Positions 56,298-64,000 of a DNA stretch of 64,000 nucleotides are shown here, one piece after another. The stretch comes from Salisapilia sapeloensis CBS 127946 (taxonomy: Eukaryota > Protista > Oomycota), in NCBI GenBank assembly GCA_023334545.1, contig JAADVB010000004.1, forward strand, positions 62,001 through 126,000, given 5' to 3'. The position numbers and the translations under genes were made by a program. Position 1 is the stretch's first letter. Every line of letters begins with the position of its first letter. Below the pieces are notes generated by a model, which worked only from the letters and a program-made list of their open reading frames with translations, was not told where the DNA came from and searched no databases.

Positions 56298-59200
56298 TTA
56301 TTGCAGCAATGGCGTCTTTTCATTCACACGAATGGCGTACATGTCTCTATCGACGTCAAGTTTCACTTCTGGAGGCGTGTAGTAGCGTAGCAAGAGTGAA
56401 GACGTCACAACGCACACCGACGACAGCGCCATCGCAGCTCCAGCGAACATAGGTGGAATACTGAATCCCCATGGGTACAAAGCTCCAGCTGCAAGTGGGA
56501 TCAAAATCAAGTTGTACCCGAGTGCCCAGACATAGTTGAGCTTGATCCTGGTAAAGATACGTCGCGTAAGGTGGAGCGCAGTCACCACATCCCGCAGATC
56601 GGACTTCATGAGGACCAAGTCCGCCGTCTCCACCGCAATCTCCGTTCCAGCTCCAACGGCGACTCCAAGGTCGGCTTGAGCGAGGGCAGGAGAGTCGTTA
56701 ATGCCATCACCGACCATCGCTACAATCTTCCCTTTCTCCTGCAGTTCCTCTACTTTCAATGCCTTTGCGGATGGTACGACACCAGCCATCACTTTCGTCG
56801 GGTCCAGACCCAATTGATTGGCAACAGCCAGCGCCGTCCGTGGGTTATCACCAGTGACCATCCAGGTCTCGATTCCCATCGACTGTAGCTTTCGAATGGT
56901 ACTCTTTGCCTCTGGGCGAGGTGCATCGGCAACTGCAATGGCAGCAACGAAATTACCATCGATGGAAATGTATACCGACGTTTTACCGTCGTGCTGGAAC
57001 CTCCCGACCGCTTGCTGTACAGCCACCAAGGACGTCTTTTCAATTTTGTTCTCCAGCATCCAGTCGTGATTCCCGACAGCTACCTCGTGGCCATCGACAG
57101 TGCACACGATGCCCTTCCCAGACACTCCATTAAACCCCGAAGGCTGGACCAAACTCTCCTTGGAGACATACTGGACAATCGCTCTTCCAAGCGAATGCTC
57201 GCTGCCAAGTTCTGCACTAGCAGCCAGACGCATCACCTCCTTCTCTGTCCATTTGCTAGACGACACAACAACATCTGTCACAGTAGGCTTTCCAACCGTC
57301 AATGTTCCAGTCTTGTCGAACAGGACAGCATCTACGTGATGTGCCATCTCCAACGGCTCTCCACCTTTGATCAACACGCCATGCCTCGCGCCTGTACCTG
57401 TGCCCACCATGACAGCAGTCGGAGTCGCCAGACCTAAAGCACAAGGACAGGCTACAACGAGCGTTGCGATAGCAAAGTTAAAGGCAAACATAAAGCTACT
57501 GTCTGTCTTTGGAATCCAGTCGGTAGGGACAAGACCCAATACTGTCGCAGTGTACCAGACGACAAACGTCACGAGCGAGACGATTAGGACGAACGGGACG
57601 AAGATAGAGGCAATGTAGTCTGCATACGCCTGTATGGGCGCTTTCGACGCCTGCGCGTTGTTGACGAGTCGGATGATTTGGCTTAACGCAGTCTCGTCCT
57701 GCACTCCTGTCACTTGCATGTGGAAGAGCCCTTCCACATTAATTGTCGCACCAAGCACTTGATCTCCTTTCACTTTCTTCACCGGTTTGGATTCGCCCGT
57801 CAGCATAGATTCATCCAATTTTCCATCTCCAAACACGATCTTGCCATCCACTGGAACTGCCGCTCCTCGCACGACTTTCAACATATCTCCTTTTTGCACG
57901 ACTTCGATCGGAACCACCTTTTCGTCTTTCACTTGACCCTTTTCGAGCACAAGTAGCGTCGCAGACTTGGCTTGTAAGTCCATGAGCTTACTTAGTGCCT
58001 CAGATGTCTTTCCCTTTGCACTTGCTTCTAGACTTTTACCCAACAAGACGAACGATATGAGCATGGATGACGTCATGAAGAGATCGGGATTGCACATGGC
58101 TGTATTGTGGAGAAACGCGCCACGGAGCATCCCGAGACAGCCGTAGAAAAAGGCGGCGGAAGAGCCCATGGACACTAGGAAGGACATGTTCAACACACCA
58201 TTCCGTACGCCATGCACAGCATCCACGTGGAAGCGACGACCTGCATACAGCTGCACTGGCGCTGCTAGTGCGAGGATAATGACCGAAGTGAACGTAATAC
58301 CTGGGATGAAGGTCGACTGAAGGGCGTCGTAAAGTAGTGGCATGTACGGTGTCAGCAACATGATGATGACGATCGGGGCAGTAAACAATAGAGCAAAAGC
58401 GAGATCCTTGTGGTACCTCTGAATCTCCTTTTCCCTTTGATCCGTCAACTGCTTCCCAAGCTCATTCGATGAAGTCATCGTAGCATCATACCCCACGAGT
58501 TCCACTTGATCCATCAAGTCCGTCACGTGCACTTGACTCGGATCCACTTGAATAGTGGCTGTATCCGTAGCGAAAGAGACGGAAGCAGAGATAACACCAG
58601 GCATGTTGTTTAGTGCGTTCTCGACAGCTGACGAGCAGGAGTTACACGTCATCCCACCGATGATCAGCCTCACTTCTTTCACCTCGCTCTGTGGAATGTC
58701 AATGGCAACATCCTGCTTTATTGGTGAAGAAGTTTGCGACTCGCAGCTCTTTATTCCATTCGACTGTGTACTAGCAGTCTCACTGTCAAAAGCCTGGTTA
58801 GTGACAAAACTGTGCTGAAGTGGTTGAGCAGAGAACTTCTTGTGAATAGACTCGACTTCATGGATCAGATCTGGAGTAGACATTGCTGCCTGTGGATCCA
58901 AGTAGATCAGAGACGTTTCCGATGGAAAGTCTACAATGGCATGGAGCACACCTTTCGTCTCATTCAGGTGACGCTCGATTTTCTTGGCACACCCTTTAGC
59001 ACAGGTCATGCCACCAATCTCCAATTGGATCGTCCGAAAGTGAGTATAATCCGCAACGAAGTCTTGGGCATCGTATGATCCTTCCATATTGCGAATGCCC
59101 TTAATAATCGAATCCGGAGTGGACTGCGTTCCAGCTTTTAACAGCACGACTGCTCGCTGTTTGGAAAAGTCGACTGTAGCATCCTGGACGTCCTCCATTT

Positions 59201-59897
59201 GAGCAAGCGACTGTTCAATCTTCTTGGCACAGCCTTGGGCGCAGTGCATACCGGAAACTTGGAGCAGGATAGCTTCAGGGAGTGGACGCGGCTCACTAGT
59301 TGTTTGCACTTCCGTTGTGGTTGGCTGATTGTCCTCTGCTTGGACACAGAACCGCTTTTCAATCGACTCTACTGCCTGGATAAGATCGTGTGAGGTGACA
59401 CTCGATCCTTTGGCTAGAGTCACGTCCGCTGTGTTAGTCTCAGACTTGACGCAAACGTGTACTACGCCTGGTACCCGCTCTATCGCTCGTACAACTCGTC
59501 GACCACATTTGGACATGCATCTCATGCCACCCACATGCAGCGTAATTGTGCGTTGGGGAGCTTGCCAGACTGGATACACTTCGTCCTGACCGCCTGTGGA
59601 CGATAGCGCAAGGTCTACCAGCTCCATTTCACTCTCACTGTCCAATGGATGGTGCAGGTCAATTTTAACGAGGCCATTCTCTACATCTACAAAGGTGCTT
59701 TTGACTAAATCACATTGGTCCAGCTCCTCTGGGATGGTCTGACTCGAGTCAGACGCCTCTTCATGAAGTGTTGGAATGTATAGCAGTGCAACGTGTCCAT
59801 ACCCAAACGAAGGAGTGGATGTGACGAATGGCACATCTTCCTCCGGTTGCACACATTCGGAAGGTATATCATCTAAAGTACTTTCGTCGGCAGTCAT
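56298..59897 (-). CDS. Copper-transporting P1B-1 ATPase (ATP7/CopA family) with multiple N-terminal HMA domains
   Basis: LDESMLTGES, VVACPCALGLATPT, DKTGTLT, SEHSLG, VTGDN, GDGINDSPALAQAD, GYN, MALSS; four GMxC HMA motifs; intronless. ATG at 59897 (MTADEST) preferred. Confidence 0.96.
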   Translation of the reverse strand: MTADESTLDDIPSECVQPEEDVPFVTSTPSFGYGHVALLYIPTLHEEASDSSQTIPEELDQCDLVKSTFVDVENGLVKIDLHHPLDSESEMELVDLALSSTGGQDEVYPVWQAPQRTITLHVGGMRCMSKCGRRVVRAIERVPGVVHVCVKSETNTADVTLAKGSSVTSHDLIQAVESIEKRFCVQAEDNQPTTTEVQTTSEPRPLPEAILLQVSGMHCAQGCAKKIEQSLAQMEDVQDATVDFSKQRAVVLLKAGTQSTPDSIIKGIRNMEGSYDAQDFVADYTHFRTIQLEIGGMTCAKGCAKKIERHLNETKGVLHAIVDFPSETSLIYLDPQAAMSTPDLIHEVESIHKKFSAQPLQHSFVTNQAFDSETASTQSNGIKSCESQTSSPIKQDVAIDIPQSEVKEVRLIIGGMTCNSCSSAVENALNNMPGVISASVSFATDTATIQVDPSQVHVTDLMDQVELVGYDATMTSSNELGKQLTDQREKEIQRYHKDLAFALLFTAPIVIIMLLTPYMPLLYDALQSTFIPGITFTSVIILALAAPVQLYAGRRFHVDAVHGVRNGVLNMSFLVSMGSSAAFFYGCLGMLRGAFLHNTAMCNPDLFMTSSMLISFVLLGKSLEASAKGKTSEALSKLMDLQAKSATLLVLEKGQVKDEKVVPIEVVQKGDMLKVVRGAAVPVDGKIVFGDGKLDESMLTGESKPVKKVKGDQVLGATINVEGLFHMQVTGVQDETALSQIIRLVNNAQASKAPIQAYADYIASIFVPFVLIVSLVTFVVWYTATVLGLVPTDWIPKTDSSFMFAFNFAIATLVVACPCALGLATPTAVMVGTGTGARHGVLIKGGEPLEMAHHVDAVLFDKTGTLTVGKPTVTDVVVSSSKWTEKEVMRLAASAELGSEHSLGRAIVQYVSKESLVQPSGFNGVSGKGIVCTVDGHEVAVGNHDWMLENKIEKTSLVAVQQAVGRFQHDGKTSVYISIDGNFVAAIAVADAPRPEAKSTIRKLQSMGIETWMVTGDNPRTALAVANQLGLDPTKVMAGVVPSAKALKVEELQEKGKIVAMVGDGINDSPALAQADLGVAVGAGTEIAVETADLVLMKSDLRDVVTALHLTRRIFTRIKLNYVWALGYNLILIPLAAGALYPWGFSIPPMFAGAAMALSSVCVVTSSLLLRYYTPPEVKLDVDRDMYAIRVNEKTPLLQ

Positions 59898-60034
59898 GAT
59901 GCCCCGAGCCCAATTGACCAAATGACCAGCAGTTCAGACGCGAGTCTTCCAACATATCATTCGTTAAAACCCCTTCGTTTCAGCCAATCGCAAGCCATGT
60001 ACACAATCTCTGGACACAAAGTGGTGAAAACGTC

Positions 60035-61432
60035 ATGAAGGCTTTGTGGCGAGGTTCTGGGGGTCGTGTCACGGCTCTAGCTCGTGTTCCGTCCAATCTT
60101 TATGCCTTGACAAGTACCTTGGATACTGCTGGACAGACATGCAGCATTCACACTTCGTCCGTGCTTCTTGCGAGACGAAAACGGGGCAGTCGCGGTCAGC
60201 CAGCAGAAGGCCAGGTGATTGCGTCGGGCGTAGTGCCTCCTCCACGTCGTTTGCAAGACATCCCAGAGGTTCTTTAATGTGAATGAACTTGTAAAGAGTA
60301 TATATGAACTGATATTTGTTGTGATGCAGGATGAACTAAACGTGTTCAAGAAATGGGTCGAGGATGTTGAGCAAAAGACCGAGTCGCGTCGCCGAGAACG
60401 TCGTAAGCAGAAAGTTGAGGACTTTACGCCTTTACCAGAGGTGGATTCCAAATACAGAAAAGGTCTCAAGGATCCGGAACCAGCTCAGGTCACGAACGAC
60501 GTATTTGATGAAGTGGACCCGGAAGCCTTGAAAGAATTTGACGAGACGGACATTGACGACGAGGAGACGGAAGAGTTCATGGAAGAAGTAGACAACCTCT
60601 TTGCTCTCACGCCAGAGGAGTTTGAGAAGCGGATGGAGAAAATGGATGAAAAGCCTACTCCAGCCCACAAACGCAGCGCCGAAAGCGCCGATGCTGACGA
60701 CGATGAGGATGAAGACCAAGAAGATGATGATGAGCAGCCTATTCTACAGTCGGAACGAGCCACTCGCATGATGAACAAAAAGGCGCTCTTAAATGCACTC
60801 GACGGCGGCCATAAAAGAGCAGACCAAAGTCTAGTCACGAAAGCAGGTATGTTCGATCCTACCTTGTATCTTATCCATTTCCTAACACCAGCATCTACAG
60901 ATTCCAAAGCCAAGGCGCCTTTAACGAAGAAGACAAACGCTGGTAGAAAAGAGAAGGCATCCTTCCGTCAAGACCGTATCGAAACGTCTGTACAACACTT
61001 TACGCAATCCCTGTTCCTCCAAGACGCCTATCGCAAATCTCTGGACATCATCCCAAACGTCTTGGAAGTACGTTTTCCTACCTCCTACGCTAAGATCATG
61101 GCTAATAAAAAGTAGGTGACAGCCACAGGTGACCTACGCCGCATCGTCGTGTACTGGGAACCGATGCGTCTAGGATCGACGGACCAAGACGTTGGCAAAC
61201 GCAAGGTGGAGGCTGTTCGGAAGAACCTGCAGAACCAGCAGCCGTGGCTCCAGCGTCGTATCACTCGCCATCTCAACCTAAAGGTATTCTCTCTTCTACA
61301 CCAGATACGACAATATCTAACCAGAATGAACAGTTTGGTCCGACCGTCGAGTTCAGGAGACGCAAGGAGAACAAGGCAGATGATGCTCGTTCGATGTTCG
61401 ACGAGGAAATGGAATGGCTAGATCGGTTTTAA
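60035..61432 (+). CDS. RBFA: Mitochondrial ribosome-binding factor A-like protein; multi-exon
   Basis: Presequence-like MKALWRGSGGRVTALARV; long acidic linker; C-terminal RbfA-type pattern V.ATGDLRRIVVYW...LQNQQPWLQRRITRHLNLK|..PTVEF. Confidence 0.65.
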
Positions 61433-61524
61433 GATACACTAGTAAGGCAAAAACCAATTCCCATTGTGGCAAACCTAGGACAGTGGCAACCTATCATGGA
61501 CTTGGTTTCGTTCTCGTCAACTGC

Positions 61525-62487
61525 TTACTTTTGCACAAGCTCGTACAGGTCGTGGCGCTTCTGCTGCGACGTCGGAATGTTGCGACGAACCTCGTCCACT
61601 TGCTCCACATCGATGTCGCCGTACACAATGGCAGGCTCGTGCTCGCACTTGGAGATGACTTCGCCCCACGGAGCCACGATCGTTGAGTGTCCCCACGCCT
61701 GGTAGCCTCCGTCCGGGTTGCGAGCAGGAGATGCAGACGCGACGTAGAGCTGGTTGTCCACGGCTCTCGCGCGCTGGAGCAGCTCCCAGTGCGCCGGACC
61801 GGTGGTCATGTTGAAGGCGCTTGGGAAGATCAATGCCTTGGCACCGTTCTGGCGCATGAGCATCGACAGCTCCGGGAAGCGAATGTCGTAGCAGATCGCG
61901 ACACCAATCTTGCAGTACGGAGTCTCGATAATCGTGAATTTGTCGCCAGCAGTCAGCGTATCGCTCTCCTTGAACGTGATCTTGCCAGGCACGTCAATGT
62001 CGAACAAGTGGACCTTGCGGTGCTTGGCCAAGATTTGTCCTTCCGGCGAAAAGCTGACGCTCGTGTTGAAGATGTGGCCGTCCGAGTCACGCTCCGGGAT
62101 TGATCCGCCGATCAGGTAAACCTGGTTGGACTTGGCAGCCTGGGACAAGGCAAATGTGGACGGATGGACATCCACATCGAGCTGTCCTTCGGTCGAGGGA
62201 ATCGGCTCTGCGTAGACTGGGAAGCTCGCGTTCGCGTACGGCGAGTTCCAGATCTCTGGCAGCACCACTACATTGGCTCCATTTGAAGCAGCTTCGGCAA
62301 TGGCTTGCGTGACGGTGGTAATGTTCTTGGCCTTGTCCTCCGTCACGGAGGTTTGGCAGAGGGCTAGCTTGAATTTCGTCGAAGTGCTCATGGCTCGAGT
62401 TGTGAACAATGGGCTTGCAGTTGGTTCAGTGAGGGAGAAAGATCGAGGGAATAGGCAGCGGCTGGCTCTGAAAGCTTGTCGTAGCAT
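61525..62487 (-). CDS. NIT2: Omega-amidase (nitrilase family)
   Basis: KFKLALCQ, VVVLPEIWNSPY (E), HRKVHLFDIDVPGKITFKESDTL (K), ICYDIRFPEL (C), AFNMTTGPAHWELLQRARAVDNQ, WGHS. Presequence from Met 62487. Confidence 0.95.
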   Translation of the reverse strand: MLRQAFRASRCLFPRSFSLTEPTASPLFTTRAMSTSTKFKLALCQTSVTEDKAKNITTVTQAIAEAASNGANVVVLPEIWNSPYANASFPVYAEPIPSTEGQLDVDVHPSTFALSQAAKSNQVYLIGGSIPERDSDGHIFNTSVSFSPEGQILAKHRKVHLFDIDVPGKITFKESDTLTAGDKFTIIETPYCKIGVAICYDIRFPELSMLMRQNGAKALIFPSAFNMTTGPAHWELLQRARAVDNQLYVASASPARNPDGGYQAWGHSTIVAPWGEVISKCEHEPAIVYGDIDVEQVDEVRRNIPTSQQKRHDLYELVQK

Positions 62488-62607
62488 GTACAATAGACTC
62501 TCTGAGGCTGGTGAATATTGACTGCAAACAGGTGGACGTAAAGCCGAACTACTTGACTTGAGTATGGACATGAATTCGCAAACGATCTAAAAAAACCCAA
62601 GAACAAT

Positions 62608-63417
62608 ATGAATCGAGTACTACGATTGCGGCAGGTAGATCTGCTTTATACGACAACTTAGATCTATAAATTTATGTGCTTGATGGGTAGTTGGTGCCAA
62701 GGACACGGCAGTTCAGCTACACGCCTCCACATGCCGTTGAAAACGACAATTCTTCGACCGTAGGCTTGCTCGGCCTCGGTGCAGTCGTCGGGTTCGTATA
62801 TGATACGTTAACAGTTTCATAAGCATGTGACTTACTCTTTCCCATGATTGCACCAATAGAGGAATGGCGTATGTCTACTATGATCCGGACGTGCTGCCAG
62901 AATCGATCCGCAAGTGGCTTCCGATTCAAGAACCAGAAGGCAAAGCCATGTCGTTGGAAGAGTATGAGGAGTGGCGAGCGAAGCAAAACAAGTACCCGAC
63001 GGGTAAATCAAAGGAAAAGGAGGAGGAAGACGTTGTAATCGAAGAGGACACGGACACTGCTGCCCCACCTGAGATCGACAGTACATTCCTCGAGATTTGA
63101 TCTCTACGTCATTGGATCCTCACGCTGTCTCACTCGTAGATCCTCCACTCGTAAAGAAGGACCTTCCTCCGGCAGAAATGAGGGCTTCGCTACTAAAGCT
63201 CCTGGATGAAGCTCGTGAAAACGAGGCAGCTTTCTTGGATGACTTGAAGAAGAGTCGGACTCGTATCACGGACGAAGAGCGACAAATGGTATTTTAAATA
63301 CGCACCTAGGAAGAGAATCGATTACGATGTGCTTTTGTGAATGTATAGAAACAAGCTTTTAAGGATGAAAAAGCTCGGATTAAGAAGCAGCTCAAGAGTG
63401 TCCCGGAGGAAAAGTAA
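62608..63417 (+). CDS. Putative mitochondrial single-pass membrane protein with C-terminal coiled coil; 5 exons
   Basis: Exons 62608-62634 and 62691-62791 splice in phase to 62860, giving MNRVLRLRQLVPRTRQFS...VGLLGLGAVVGGMAYVYYDP.... Later exons encode EMRASLLKLLDEARENE...KQAFKDEKARIKKQLK. Stop at 63415-63417. Confidence 0.7.
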
Positions 63418-63495
63418 TGTCCCTTGGAATGAAGGAATGCAACATGAAGACAGACTTTTGATTGGAATTTGTAATACCCTTGTTTGAAATATCCT

Positions 63496-64000
63496 TTACC
63501 GTTGTCCTGCTTGCATGTCAGAGGAATTAAAACTACTGCTAACAGTCACGCTCACCACAAAAGCGGTAGGAGGCACGAGGAGATGCTTGAGGTGGTGTTA
63601 TCGTTCCGGTTGAAAGAGAGAGAATTGTTGGTGAAACCTTTCGGTTCGGACTTTGACACAAGCCTGGTTTAGACTGATTCACATCTCTTGGTGAGGGAAT
63701 CGAAGACGAAATCAACAGGTTCTTCTCATAGATCAAACTTCGACCGAAAGAATCCTGCTGGTTCTACTATCACGGTGATAATTTCATTTGGATGTAGAGA
63801 AGAGCTTGAAAAGTGGCTCTCACCTTTCGTACTAGTACATTTCGGCGTGAGAGTGGAATATCACTCATACTGTGGCGTCCACTCGGTCTACAATGCTTTA
63901 ACTATTAGTTAATGATCTCTATCTCTCAACTACATTTAAACGGTGCAGCAGCACGAAGACTACCTGTATCCAGCGACTTTCTGCTTTGTGGCGGTAATGG
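63496..64000 (-). CDS. Probable 3' end of an unidentified minus-strand multi-exon gene (Ser/Pro-rich)
   Basis: Donor-like GTGAGA, GTGAGC and GTAGTC with matching AG acceptors flank S/P-rich open stretches such as ORF 63539-63736. The 5' part lies outside the window. Confidence 0.3.

Noticed and set aside
62717-62986. Minus-strand small gene starting MGKS with a GTAAGT donor
   Set aside because: It is antisense to the plus-strand exons and intron of the 62608 gene, and no consistent acceptor or frame was found.
1-64000. tRNA, rRNA, CRISPR arrays, transposons, telomeric repeats
   Set aside because: I saw no cloverleaf or T-loop in a tRNA context, no rRNA signatures, no spaced direct repeats, and no transposase, RT or LTR/TIR features by eye. 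tRNAscan/Infernal/RepeatMasker would be needed to exclude small elements.

Overview
Eukaryotic nuclear DNA, most likely from a zoospore-forming oomycete. The evidence is short GT-AG introns of about 45-100 nt, a 7TM GPCR fused to a PIP kinase (a family expanded in oomycetes), an oomycete-type secreted tyrosinase, and flagellar genes (EFHC/Rib72, Tctex-1). The window is very gene-dense, with about 33 protein-coding genes and intergenic gaps mostly of 10-300 bp. I saw no transposon, rRNA, tRNA or CRISPR array. The ORF track fragments most genes because of introns, so I rebuilt exon joins by hand. Recognisable genes are APEX2, POLA2, a degenerate PRPS, TRAP1, LDHD, ALG6, HSD17B10, a TALE homeobox factor, an SLC25A33/36-type carrier, La, PSMD5, a Xi-class GST, RAPTOR, a USP, an S6K-like AGC kinase, NADSYN1, a WRKY19-like Zn-finger protein, DYNLT, GPCR-PIPK, tyrosinase, NOP56, EFHC, an RluA-type pseudouridine synthase, a Cu P1B-ATPase, RBFA and NIT2. 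The most unusual observations are: (1) an FHA protein with tandem beta-adaptin-appendage-like domains; (2) an S6K-like kinase with a hidden spliced N-terminal CxxC-CxxC zinc ribbon, one gene away from RAPTOR; (3) a Cu-ATPase with three CxxxC (not CxxC) metal-binding domains; (4) a probable pseudo-enzyme PRPS with a mitochondrial-type presequence; (5) a La protein with apparently four RRMs; (6) a double-homeodomain TALE factor; (7) a cryptic six-exon micro-gene invisible to the ORF track. All domain calls come from motif recognition by eye, with no database searches.
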